Both the position numbers and the translations under genes were made by a program. Below the pieces are notes generated by a model. It was not told the DNA's origin. It saw nothing but the letters and a program-made list of their open reading frames with translations, and ran no database searches. A DNA stretch of 64,000 bases, from contig OZ249442.1 of NCBI GenBank assembly GCA_965235115.1, positions 6,448,001 to 6,512,000 on the forward strand, read 5' to 3'. This DNA comes from Laetmonice hystrix. Its lineage: Eukaryota. The first letter of the stretch is position 1. Every line of letters begins with the position of its first letter. This document shows positions 13,076-24,929 of this stretch, one piece after another.

Positions 13076-13825
13076 TTTAGAGAGATTTGCATCATAGACG
13101 GTCGACTCTTGGAAACCTACACTTTGTTTCTAGTTCAGAAATGCAACACATTGTAAAAGACTTACATGAAAAAAAAATCAAGTTTCTTCATTTTCAACAC
13201 CATGACTTTCCATCAGAGAACACTCTTGGTTGCCGAGAGTCATATCTATGTACAAATGTAGCCAGAAACTTTACTTTTAACTTTTGTTTTTAATCGTCCA
13301 CATCTATTTTATGTTTAATTTCTAACCAGACGCGATGGAGCTAATACATGACTTGACCTGACTGACCACACGCCCTGCTTTCTTTGATAACGTAAAAAAT
13401 AACAACATAATTTATATATATTTGAATTCATTCAAACTTTAGTGCATCTTTTGAAAACAAGTTGAATTGCCAGGGGATGAATTTTTTCCCCACCCTATGC
13501 CTGAAACTCATTCAGTGAATTTGTCTGATTCCCAGAACCTGACAACATCCTTAGTAGAAGGAAACATGATTAAGATAAGCTATATTACACACAGGCCTCG
13601 AGGTGGTGAACATTCCAAGAAAGCTACTCGTGGATAGTGCTCCACAGTGGGAGCTCTCTGCGATGTCGCCCGTGCCCGGCCAGCCTTGGGCCGTTCAGGT
13701 TGTCCTGGTATTTGGGAAGTTCATGATGAATCTATTGTTGTTACCCGACAACAGGCTGGGGGATGAAGTCAGTGCAGCTCCTCATGACCTCGGCGGAGCG
13801 CTGACCTCCGGGCAGGGTGCAGGTC

Positions 13826-15588
13826 TGGTTCAAACTCCCCCTCAGGTCTTTGACAGGTCCACTCAGTCCAGGTATGTGGCAGATCCACTCAGTCCAGGTC
13901 TGTGGCAGGTCCACCCAGTCCAGGTCTGTGGCAGGTCCACCCAGTCCAGGTCTTTGACAGGTCCACTCAGTCCAGGTATGTGGCAGATCCACTCAGTCCA
14001 GGTCTTTGGTAGGTCCACCCAGTCCAGGTCTGTGGCAGGTCCACCCAGTCCAGGTATGTGGCAGGTCCACCCAGTCCAGGTCTGTGGCAGGTCCACCCAG
14101 TCCAGGTATGTGGCAGATCCACCCAGTCCAAGTCTGTGGCAGGTCCACCCAGTCCAGGTCTGTGGCAGATCCACCCAGTCCAGGTCTGTGGCAGGTCCAC
14201 CCAGTCCAGGTCTGTGGCAGGTCCACCCAGTCCAGGTCTGTGGTAGGTCCAACCAGTCCAAGTCTGTGACAGGTCCACCCAGTCCAAGTCTGTGGCAGAT
14301 CCACCCAGTCCAAGTCTGTGGCAGGTCCACCCAGTCCAGGTCTGTGGCAGATCCACCCAGTCCAGGTCTGTGGCAGGTCCACCCAGTCCAGGTCTGTGGC
14401 AGGTCCACCCAGTCCAGGTCTGTGGTAGGTCCAACCAGTCCAGGTCTGTGACAGGTCACCCAGTCCAGGTCTGTGGCAGGTCCACCCAGTCCAGGTCTGT
14501 GGCAGGTCCAACCAGTCCAGGTCTGTGGTAGGTCCACCCAGTCCAGGTCTGTGGCAGGTCCACCCAGTCCAGATCAGTGGTAGGTCCAACCAGTCCAGGT
14601 CAGTAGTAGGTCCACCCAGTCCAGGTCTGTGGCTGGTCCACCCAGTCCAGGTCAGTGGTAGGTCCACCCAGTCCAGGTCTGTGGCAGGTCCACCCAGTCC
14701 AGGTCTGTGGCAGGTCTACCCAGTCCAGGTCTGTGGCAGGTCCACCCAGTCCAGGTCTGTGGCAGGTCCAACCAGTCCAGGTCTGTGGCAGGTCCACCCA
14801 GTCCAGGTCTGTGGCAGGTCCACCCAGTTCAGGTCTGTGGCAGATCCACCCAGTCCAGGTCTGTGGCAGGTCCACCCAGTCCAAGTCTGTGACAGGTCCA
14901 CCCAGTCCAAGTCTGTGGCAGATCCACCCAGTCCAAGTCTGTGGCAGGTCCACCCAGTCCAGGTCTGTGGCAGATCCACCCAGTCCAGGTCTGTGGCAGG
15001 TCCACCCAGTCCAGGTCTGTGGCAGGTCCACCCAGTCCAGGTCTGTGACAGGTCACCCAGTCCAGGTCTGTGACAGGTCACCCAGTCCAAGTCTGTGGCA
15101 GATCCACCCAGTCCAAGTCTGTGGCAGGTCCAACCAGTCCAGGTCTGTGGTAGGTCCACCCAGTCCAGGTCTGTGGCAGGTCCACCCAGTCCAGGTCAGT
15201 GGTAGGTCCAACCAGTCCAGGTCAGTAGTAGGTCCACCCAGTCCAGGTCTGTGGTAGGTCCACCCAGTCCAGGTCTGTGGCAGGTCCACCCAGTCCAGGT
15301 CAGTGGTAGGTCCAACCAGTCCAGGTCAGTAGTAGGTCCACCCAGTCCAGGGCCCGGTTCACAAACAAAGTCAAGTCAATTTTAATTGACTTGAAGTCAA
15401 TTTTACTTGAATCTGATTGGTTAAAATGGATTTCAAGTTAATTAAAATTGACTTGACTTTGTTTGTGAACCGGGCCCAGGTCTGTGGCTGGTCCACCCAG
15501 TCCAGGTCAGTGGTAGGTCCACCCAGTCCAAGTCTGTGACAGGTCCACCCAGTCCAGGTCTGTGGCAGGTCCACCCAGTCCACAGTCC
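13826..15588. repeat. Minisatellite, 26 bp unit, ~60 copies, interrupted by a MITE
   Basis: CAGGTCCACCCAGTCCAGGTCTGTGG. Confidence 0.97.
15351..15476. mobile_element. PIF/Harbinger-type MITE inserted in the 26-bp minisatellite
   Basis: Perfect ~37-bp TIR GGCCCGGTTCACAAACAAAGTCAAGTCAATTTTAATT; 3-bp TSD CAG. Removing it restores the unit AGTCCAGGTCTGTGG. Confidence 0.88.
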
Positions 15589-16368
15589 ACAGAGCGGGAT
15601 GGAGGTGGGCAGGTTACGGCCAGGGGCGCCTGGTGTCTCAGTCCATGATGGCTTGAATCTCCCCTGGGCCAATTCTCAAGTAGCCTATTCACTGCCTGAT
15701 CTAATTGGTAAAATCCTACTCACTTCTTCCTGTGTAAACCATGAGTGGTAAACTTTAATACAATGAATTTAGGGGGGGGGGAGAAGTTTCACCTTTTTGA
15801 TGATAAATTCTTTATTAGGTTTTAATGTAACAGAGTTGTAGGAGAGTGATACATTTCTGGGTCGAGGTTAACAAGATTACAAGATAATTTGACGGTAGAG
15901 TGATCACAGGCACACCTGTTAGCACTAGATGTTACCTGATCCACGTGTGTGGACGCAACCATTGTCGGCACGTGTCAGTAAAGCTTTTCAAAAATATAAA
16001 TAAATTGATGGCATTCTTTGGGGAGATATCGAAATAAAGAGGTCATATATTGTGTTATTTATAAATGAAGTCCTAGCCCATGAAGTCAGGTTTGAAATGG
16101 ACCAAGAACCGCGGGGAAGGATTAGACCAAGCTAAAGTATCAGTGTATCGCCATAGTCGAGCAAGGGACTAAAGCCGAACAGCCGGCATGGTTTTATTTG
16201 AGGAGAGATGATGAACAGGTTTGTGTTCGTTTGATGTCAGTCAGTTTGTGAGGAGATATGTCTGCAGGTTACGTCTGGCAGGTGTCTGGAACCTTAGCCG
16301 TCACTGGCCGCGCTCAGGTCTGCCCACAGTCACGTTTATCATGTACAAACGTCGTCACTGCCTCAAGG

Positions 16369-16958
16369 AATCCGCTCAGTCCGAATACAGAAACCGCTCA
16401 GTCCGAATACAGAAACCGCTCAGTCCTAATACAGAAACCGCTCAGTCCTAATACAGAAACCGCTCAGTCCGAATACAGAAACCGCTCAGTCCGAATACAG
16501 AAACCGCTCAGTCCGAATACAGAATCTGCGCAGTCCGAATACAGAATCCGCTCAGTCCGAATACAGAAACCGCTCAGTCCGAATACAGAAACCGCTCAGT
16601 CCGAATACAGAAACCGCTCAGTCCGAATACAGAAACCGCCCAGTCCGAATACAGAATCCACTCAGTCCGAATACAGAAACCGCTCAGTCCGAATACAGAA
16701 ACTGCTCAGTCCGAATACAGAAACTGCTCAGTCCGAATACAGAAACTGCTCAGTCCGAATACAGAAACCGATCAGTCCGAATGCAGAAAAGAAACCGCTC
16801 AGTCCGAATACAGAAACCGCTCAATCCGAATACGGGAAACTGCTCAGTCCGAATGCAGAATCCGCTCATTCCAAATACAGAATCCGCTCAGTCCGAATAC
16901 AGAATTCGCTCAGTCCGAATATAGTCCGCATACAGGATCCGCTCAGTCCGAATACAGA
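16369..16958. repeat. Minisatellite, 22 bp unit, ~27 copies
   Basis: AAACCGCTCAGTCCGAATACAG, decaying toward the right end. Confidence 0.95.
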
Positions 16959-17351
16959 ATGAGAAGGCATGCCACTCTGCTTCACAATTCAAGGCTACAT
17001 TATGAAAAATGAATATCGTCAGCATCGATAAAAAAAATCTTTAAATTCCTGGATATGTATTTGACGAGTGAATATAATGCCTGTTGTTGGGAATATATTC
17101 CTGTGATAAACTGGTATCTTGTGACAAACCGGCAAACTTGACACCTCGCCACAATTTGCCAAAGATGATGGCCCTGTTACTGTTTACCGAGACAGATACA
17201 TCACACCAGTACCGTATAAACTGGGAACTGCCATGGTGTCAACATAAAAACGACGACTCTTTGTTTTAACCGGTTTTAATTCTCGCCTGTAGCTGGAGGT
17301 GAAGTAACAGTGCGGTAATACCGAGAGTCAGGTGAGATTACTAATTAAGTG

Positions 17352-17636
17352 TTGTCTGAGTTAGGTGGTTGACGTTGATTAAGAAGCCACCTTGACGCGG
17401 TCGTGGTGGGCGATTAGACGGTGTTGTGTGAGTTAGGTGATTGATTAAGAAGCCACCTTGCCGCGGTCGTGGTGCCCGATTAGACGGTGTTGTGTGAGTT
17501 AGGTGGTTGACGTTGATTAAGAATCCACCTTGCCGCGGTCGTGGTGCCCGATTAGACGGTGTTGTGTGAGTTAGGTGATTGATTAAGAAGCCACCTTGCC
17601 GCGGTCATGGTGCCCGATTAGACGGTGTTGTTTGAG
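17352..17636. repeat. Tandem repeat, ~62-69 bp unit, ~4 copies
   Basis: GTGAGTTAGGTG...ATTAAGAAGCCACCTTGCCGCGGTCGTGGTGCCCGATTAGACGGTGTTGT. Confidence 0.9.
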
Positions 17637-17926
17637 TCAGTTGGCTGACGTCGAATGACGTCGTGTGGGGGTCGAGCGGTGCTCGGCTGACATAATCTTC
17701 CACCACATCAAACGGTCAATCTTGACTGAAACGTAAACCCTGAACTTTGGCGGGTGGTCCACCAAAGTCTTCAACATTACTCGGATCGGATTCTTATATC
17801 TGTTTTATTCTTTTTTAATTTTTGGGCGAAGGAATCTACATTAACTGTCTCTTCTCAGAAAGTCTAAATGTTACCGGTAAAATGCTTCATCATTGACGAA
17901 ACAACTTTGCACTGAGAAAAGGAAAA

Positions 17927-19115
17927 CCCTTTGTTGCATATTGCCAAATATTTTGGACATATTTTGGATGGATTTTATGTTGTCCAGGCTCACAAGTACT
18001 TTACAAATACATACTTGTTATTATATTTGACATTTCTAGTCCAGAATTTTCCCAGTAGGTACCTCTCTGATTAGTCACGTGATTTACCACAACTAATCAC
18101 AAAGACACCCTCCATGAGTAAGACGTAGGCCCCTATGTCCTAGACGAAAGTCAGAAATATTCTTACATTGTTCCAGTTTTGATCAAATGTTTTTCTGTTG
18201 GAGGAATGACATACATTATATAGCATACACTGAAATACATAAGCTTTGTAATGCATGTGTATTTGTTGGAATACACCTGATTTTATTCACTGACTAAAAT
18301 ACTGGGCCTTATGCCTGCCAGGCAAATAGCCATGTCCAGAATATTGGACATCATGCATATCTATGACCAGGTCTTGATACTTCAGTGGCATCAGAATAGG
18401 GGGCAGGGGGTGGGTAATCGCCCCCCCCCCCACACACACACACACCCTTTTCGGGGGATTTTCTGGCTTGCTAGTCATAAAGCACCCCATGTTAACATCA
18501 CAATAAAAAAATCGGGCAAGTTTCAGGACTGCCCCCCCCCCCCCCCACTTTCACAATCAATGTCCATGTGTCGTCCGGGGCGGATTCAGGAATTTAGGAA
18601 AGGGGGTCCAATATGGTTAATTCAGAAAGCTCTATGGGGAAACGAGAAAATCTGACGCCAAAGGGGCCCGACCCTCTTGACACCCCCCCCCCCCCCGATA
18701 CACCGCTGGTAAGTGTGACGTGTACCTATGTCTGCCAAGAAAATATGATGGCGAGGACTGTTTTGTTTTGCGTTTCACAATGTAATGCTTAAATTTAGTG
18801 TTGTACACATTGCTGTGTAGAGAAAACATCCAGACTCAAATAATATTTAGTTATTGGCAAAAAACCAAAGGTAGAATTAGTTATCGACTTCACATTATTT
18901 GTCACCCTACTTGCATACTGTCCAGAATACTGGACGGCAGTATGTATCCCAGGTACATACTCTCCAAAATAATTGACAGACTGACCCCCCCCCCCCTTAG
19001 TACTTCTCCCAAAAATAAAATTTCCCCAAATCCCATCAAATGGTGCCAAAACAACATTGGATACCCAATTATAACATTAATGGAGGCATTTGTTCATACT
19101 CCATGCAACAAAGGG
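17927..19115. mobile_element. Probable piggyBac-type non-autonomous element
   Basis: 13-bp TIR CCCTTTGTTGCAT / ATGCAACAAAGGG. Right flank TTAA, left flank AAAA (decayed TSD). Subterminal GATGGGATTT matches on both sides. Confidence 0.55.
18383..18710. mobile_element. Degraded hAT-like MITE fragments within the piggyBac-like element
   Basis: CAGTGGCATCAGAATAGGGGGCAGGGGG...CGCCCCCC and GGGGCGGATTCAGGAATTT...GATACACCGCTG resemble common CAGTGGCG / CAGGGGCGGATCCAG MITE ends. No TSD resolved. Confidence 0.3.
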
Positions 19116-19121
19116 TTAATA

Positions 19122-19419
19122 CTGAGACTGGGACCAACGCTGAGACTGGGACTAACACTTAGACTGGGACTTTGACACTTAGACTAGGACCGAGACTGGG
19201 ACCAACGCTGAGACTGGGACTAACACTTAGACTGGGACTTTGACACTTAGACTAGGACCGAGACTGGGACCAACGCTGAGACTGGGACTAACACTTAGAC
19301 TGGGACTTTGACACTTAGACTAGGACCGACACTGAGACTGGGACAAACGCTGATACTGGGACCGACACTTAGACTGGGACCAAGACTTAGACTAGGACCG
19401 ACACTGAGACTGGGACCAA
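19122..19419. repeat. Minisatellite with ~17-19 bp subunits in a ~68 bp higher-order unit
   Basis: GAGACTGGGACCAACGCT/ACACTTAGACTGGGAC variants. Confidence 0.9.
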
Positions 19420-19567
19420 GTAGAACAACTTGTTCCTGTGTATGGCCAAAGATGATATCGGAGTTCAGACTAAATCAACCATAGATTTAATTTTATTTGT
19501 TTTGTTATTCACAATTATGAAAGTCTGTGTTTTGAAGCGGAGTTCAATAAGATCTAGTATGGCTTAC

Positions 19568-19655
19568 ATCCCCAACCCTGTCTCCCCGGTACCATCCGAT
19601 GGTGAGCCATATTCTTGTTAAAAAGGCCTCTCCTCGCCCGTCAGGTTGCGTGCAC
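19568..19655 (-). CDS. Candidate exon D of the - strand gene (88 nt, phase 2 to 0)
   Basis: CTCAACTTAG| acceptor and GAT|GTAAGC donor. CTQPDGRGEAFLTRIWLTIGWYRGDRVGD continues in frame from exon C. Confidence 0.5.
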
Positions 19656-20537
19656 CTAAGTTGAGATGTACATGTTGTATGCTATGCGCTGGGCAGTGCT
19701 ATCAGGTGGTGATATCTGAAGTGATCTCAGTGTCAACAGAAACTCTGATTACAACACCTGTGTGAGACAGGTTAAGAAACTTACGAATGAGACGAGTTCT
19801 CATATGTTTGGTTATTCTATACCTGCAAGGCGAACTCGCATGCCGAATTTTGGTACACTTCCTAATAAAACAGAATCTGAATTGGCCATTGAAGTTCCGG
19901 ACATTCTCAAATTATAAAATTCTATTTTTCAAGTGGTTTGAAGTTGACATCAGAATGTGAAGGACCCAGCTGAAAAGTAGTAGTAGTACAATGAATAGTG
20001 GTGTACGGTGTTACACAGTGATACACGGTGATACACATCTAGTCGTAGTACAATCAATAGTGGTGTACGGTGTTACACAGTGATACACATATAGTAGGAA
20101 AGGTTGTAATGAGTTAGATACAACTGCTGCATTCTAACATCAAACCCATGTATATAAGAAGAAGGGCCGTCATCGCGTTCACGGACACACCTTTTATTTT
20201 TTGTCCTATAGAAGTAGGGAATTTTGTGAGTGTGTGAGTCAGCTACGCCTCGGTGAACACAGGTTGTAGCCAATCGACGGGTTTCGGCCTGAAGGTTAGA
20301 GTGGAGACATGCCTGAGATGTTTGGTAGCCAAGTAAGATGGGGATGGTGGGACTCGTGACAAAGCCTTGTGATCCTTTAATGCCATCATCACCGGTTTAG
20401 GCTGTAAACAGGTGGGTCAGGTGAGGTAAAGACGATGAAAGGTCATCGCCTGGTCAACTATAATACACGGCCGGCGTGGAGCACTTCTCTCAATAACTTG
20501 GACAGCGGCCCACATGGACTGAGTACAAACTGCTCAC

Positions 20538-20615
20538 GTCGACCGACAGGCAAAGCTCCACTCCAAGCAATCAGAGAAAATATTTGGCAGCACAAAGTTG
20601 CTTACAATGACAAAG
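20538..20615 (-). CDS. Candidate exon C of the - strand gene (78 nt, phase 2 to 2)
   Basis: CTCTCATTTCAG| acceptor and GAC|GTGAGC donor. The only open frame is FVIVSNFVLPNIFSDCLEWSFACRS(T). Confidence 0.5.
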
Positions 20616-20866
20616 CTGAAATGAGAGTTTGGTAATGCATGCTGCAGAGTGGTGGTGATTGCTTCCTTCGACTTGGCTCTGATGTGTGGTGTATTTAACG
20701 GCGAGGTCTCGCGGCCGGGATCCGTGCCAAAATACACAGATGGAAGTCAACAGCGCGAAGAAAAGGGTCAATCAGTGGAGACAACAGAACATCAAATGAT
20801 ACCGCGCGGGGAAACTAGTGCCAGACTACAGCAACACGCTGCCGTCATCTGTAGGCCGAAATATCA

Positions 20867-21079
20867 TAATGACATGTTATTGGGACGAATTGTTGGATGT
20901 GGAATAAATAATGACATGTTATTGGGACGAATTGTTGGATGTGGAATAAATAATGACATGTTATTGGGACGAATTGTTGGATGTGGAATAAATAATGACA
21001 TGTTATTGGGACGAATTGTTGGATGTGGAATAAATAATGACATGTTATTGGGACGAATTGTTGGATGTGGAATAAATGA
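20867..21079. repeat. Tandem repeat, 42 bp unit, 5 identical copies
   Basis: AATGACATGTTATTGGGACGAATTGTTGGATGTGGAATAAAT. Confidence 0.95.
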
Positions 21080-21404
21080 CTTTGAATTATCACAGATTGC
21101 ACCATGAGAATGATCAGTTTTTCTTCGCCAAATTCAGTAGAATTAGGCCTGGGAATATGGAATATGGAATATGTGGAAAAATGCGGGGGGGGGGATAGTG
21201 CCTCCTGAGCAAGTATCAGGTGTCAATTCCAGTGTCAATGTTGGGGATCCAGACCCAATAATAATAATATAAAAAAAACTGGAAATCTCAGGGCTACGGG
21301 GAGTTGACATGTTCAGGGTGTTGTTGGTTGGTCATGTTTTCACCACACAGAGGCTGACATGATTTCGCGCTTGACCTGACATCCATACATGTCTATCGCT
21401 GATC

Positions 21405-21695
21405 TGGTGGACAAGTAGACCAGACCCCCCCCCCCACACACACACACACACAGTGCGGACAAGTAGACCAGATCCCTCACCCCACTGTGACATAGTGGAC
21501 AAGTAGACCAGATCCCCCCCACACACACACACAGTGCGGACAAGTAGACCAGATCCCTCACCCCACTGTGACATAGTGGACAAGTAGACCAGATCCCCCT
21601 CTCACAAAGCGGACAAGTAGACCGGACCCCCCCCCCCCCTCACAAAGTGAACAAATAGACCAGACCCCGGCTCTCACAAAGTGGACAAGTAGACA
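21405..21695. repeat. Irregular tandem repeat with GTGGACAAGTAGACCAGA core
   Basis: Core repeated ~8 times, separated by C-runs, (CA)n and CTCACCCCACTGTGACATA. Confidence 0.85.
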
Positions 21696-21964
21696 CTCTC
21701 ACAAAAACATGTGTCTATAATCGTTCACATGCCCCCGGTTTGCGGCGTGCGGCGATTTTCATTTGTTACATTATTTGCAAAAACGTACGCCGCATGCCGC
21801 ACACCGTATGCATGTGAAAGCGCCTTTAGACGGTGCGTTTAGACTGTGCGTTTAGACTGATGGTGGATCATGCATTTAATATATCGATGATTCCCAATGT
21901 CGGCAGGTTTCAACTAAAGTCCACAAGTCATATGGTACTTGTCCAAGATGGTATTCCCATTATA

Positions 21965-22741
21965 CAGGGTGAGTAAAAGAAACCAATACACTCACAAATA
22001 GGGCGATGAATCAGCGATTTGGCAAAATCAGGACAATGTAGTAATTGGTATGGAAAGAGTAACTTTTGTGCTTCAATAATTATTTGGTGGTTGATTCGCT
22101 CAGATGCAACCAATAAATTATAATAAAGAAATACTTGCCATTTTTCAAAACCCCCTAACATATCACTTGCGCCAAATGAGACGCAGTCTTTTCAATTCAA
22201 AAATTCAAACAAAACATGATGGAAGCAACGAAAAGCAATCAAATGGGCCATTGTCATGGCTGTGGTCATGGATGGCATACTGCTCCTATTGCTCATACGC
22301 CTGCTTGGTGCTGCTAAAGCATGGTGCATCCACACTTTACACCCTAGCAAAGGGCTTTCTTGGTCAACGAATTTTTCCGAGACGCAGAGTGCCACTCTGT
22401 GGCTGGGGTGTAAATTGAGGATGAGCAACATCGACAGATAAGAATTTATTATTACCTCAGCCATGACGCTGGTCCGTTTCATTGCTTTTCATTACTTCCA
22501 TCATGCTTTGTTTGAATTGAAAAGGCCGCGTCTCACTTGGCGCATGTGGTATTCTAGGGGTTTTGGAAAATGGCAAGTATTTCTTTATTACTGGTCGCAT
22601 CTGAGTGGATCAACTACCAAATTGAATCACAAGAGTTACCCTTTCTGACCCAATAACTACATTGTCCTGATTTTGCCAAATCTCTGATTCATCACCCTAT
22701 TTGTGAGTGTATAGTTTTTTGTTTTGTTTGTACTCACCCTG
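21965..22741. mobile_element. Tc1/mariner-type non-autonomous element with long (~300 bp) degenerate TIRs
   Basis: TA|CAGGGTGAGTA...TACTCACCCTG|TA. About 21965-22265 is an inverted, diverged copy of about 22462-22741. No transposase ORF. Confidence 0.85.
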
Positions 22742-22820
22742 TAGAGTCTACTCCCTGCTTTAAGGCCCCATCTGGAGAGAAAGGCCATGAGAGTGGGTGA
22801 CTGATTGTTATACGTCATAC

Positions 22821-22894
22821 CGGTGTAATAAGGAATGGAAGTCCATCGGCCCAGAACTCCCTGTGTATGCAGGTCCGAGGTCGTCCACTTCGTG
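22821..22894 (-). CDS. Candidate exon B of the - strand gene (74 nt, phase 0 to 2)
   Basis: TCCTATCTTATAG| acceptor and CCG|GTATGA donor. HEVDDLGPAYTGSSGPMDFHSLLH(R) chains with exons A and C. All three frames are open, so the frame is inferred from its neighbours. Confidence 0.5.
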
Positions 22895-23482
22895 CTATAA
22901 GATAGGATTAAGATGTGACCGTTTCCGATTCGAGCGTTTATTTCCTGTGGGAGCGTTTCCATGTGTGCGTTTCGTAGTCCGTTTCCGTTTTCCGTTTTGG
23001 ATCGCTTCGGGGAACGAAGGGAGTAAAGGGAAACGGACGGAAAAACGGACGGCAAAATGTAGTACCACAGATATCCGCTAGAGAATTGGGAATATATTTG
23101 ATACGGGAGACGCCCTGTGATGTGGATTTTATTACGAACTGACCTCAGGAATGTTGTCAGGCAGGTGGGGACATGAGTGGAACTGGCCAATAATATTAGA
23201 CCTTCAGAAAGTAAATATTCTAACTATCCTTGTGAGGGACCAACAGCGTCGGTAAAGATGTACAATGTACCTTGATGTTTTATTTTAATTTGGCTACTAT
23301 ATGAGAAAACATATATCATGTGCCCACACTAAAACATATGCCGGAAACGATACATGCTAATGGGACATTAATTGAGAATGTTTGAGATGAATGAAAATTA
23401 TGTTTGAGACGAAAGGGAAACGGACACATGGAAACGAGTCCAGTGGACGATTACTCAAAACGGAACCGTGAAACTGAAACGG

Positions 23483-24762
23483 AATTCGGGGTTGGTGTTA
23501 GAATAGTTGTTCTTGTTGTATGGAAAGAATTCGGGGTTGGTGTTAGAATAGTTGTTGTTGTATGAAAGAATTCGGGGTTGGTGTTAGAATAGTTGTTCTT
23601 GTTGTATGAAAGAATTCGGGGTTGGTGTTAGAATGGTTGTTCTTGTTGTATGAAAGAATTCGGGGTTGGTGTTAGAATGGTTGTTCTTGTTATATAAAAG
23701 AATTCGGGGTTGGTGTTAGAATAGTTGTTCTTGTTGTATGAAAGAATTCGGGGTTGGTGTTAGAATAGTTGTTCTTGTTGTATGAAAGAATTCGGGGTTG
23801 GTGTTAGAATGGTTGTTCTTGTTATATAAAAGAATTCAGGGTTGGTGTTAGAATGGTTGTTCTTGTTGTATGAAAGAATTCGGGGTTGGTGTTAGAATGG
23901 TTGTTCTTGTTGTATGAAAGAATTCGGGTTGGTGTTAGAATGGTTGTTGTTGTATGAAAGAATTCGGGGTTGGTGTTAGAATAGTTGTTCTTGTTGTATG
24001 AAAGAATTCGGGGTTGGTGTTAGAATAGTTGTTCTTGTTGTATGAAAGAATTCGGGGTTGGTGTTAGAATGGTTGTTCTTGTTGTATGAAAGAATTCGGG
24101 TTGGTGTTAGAATGGTTGTTGTTGTATGAAAGAATTCGGGGTTGGTGTTAGAATATTTGTTCTTGTTGTATGAAAGAATTCGGGGTTGGTGTTAGAATAG
24201 TTGTTCTTGTTGTATGAAAGAATTCGGGGTTGGTGTTAGAATGGTTGTTCTTGTTGTATGAAAGAATTCGGGGTTGGTGTTAGAATGGTTGTTGTTGTAT
24301 GAAAAAATTCGGGGTTGGTGTTAGAATGGTTGTTGTTATATGAAAGAATTCGGGGTTGGTGTTAGAATAGTTGTTCTTGTTGTATGAAAGAATTCGGGTT
24401 GGTGTTAGAATGGTTGTTCTTGTATGAAAGAATTCGAGGTTGGTGTTAGAATGGTTGTTCTTGTTGTATGAAAGAATTCGAGGTTGGTGTTAGAATAGTT
24501 GTTCTTGTTGTATGAAAGAATTCGAGGTTGGTGTTAGAATGGTTGTTCTTGTATGAAAGAATTCGGGGTTGGTGTTAGAATAGTTGTTCTTGTTGTATGA
24601 AAGAATTCGGGGTTGGTGTTAGAATGGTTGTTGTTGTATGAAAGAATTCGAGGTTGGTGTTAGAATAGTTGTTCTTGTTGTATGAAAGAATTCGGGGTTG
24701 GTGTTAGAATAGTTGTTCTTGTTGTATGAAAGAATTCGAGGTTGGTGTTAGAATAGTTGTTA
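23483..24762. repeat. Minisatellite, 41-44 bp unit, ~29 copies
   Basis: GAAAGAATTCGGGGTTGGTGTTAGAATAGTTGTTCTTGTTGTAT (EcoRI site in nearly every unit). Confidence 0.97.
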
Positions 24763-24833
24763 CCTAACGTGACGATGATGGTGGCCATGGGTTTTACCGA
24801 TCTCTCCGGTAGATTTAGTTTCTGTCAAGTTAC

Positions 24834-24929
24834 CTTGACAGCCACCACCGCCACCTGGCGGCTGACGTGTATAATATCATCAACGTTTGATGAATCACAT
24901 AGAGTTTCATGTTCACGTGAGACACTGAC
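24834..24929 (-). CDS. Candidate exon A of an unidentified - strand gene (96 nt)
   Basis: On the - strand GTGCTTTAG| acceptor and AAG|GTAACT donor. Phase-0 frame VSVSREHETLCDSSNVDDIIHVSRQVAVVAVK; a second frame is also open. Confidence 0.5.

Noticed and set aside
1050-16962. Long ORFs of 200-560 aa (1050-3429, 9284-10739, 13603-15289, 16258-16962)
   Set aside because: They coincide with minisatellites, are open in several frames or strands at once, and have no recognisable domain.
21405-21695. CRISPR-like repeat/spacer pattern (also 19122-19419)
   Set aside because: Spacers are low-complexity or repeated, there are no cas genes, and the context is a spliced eukaryotic genome.
21716-21830. 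Partial inverted repeat TTCACATGC...GCATGTGAA
   Set aside because: The left terminus is missing and there is no TSD; possibly a decayed MITE but not supportable.
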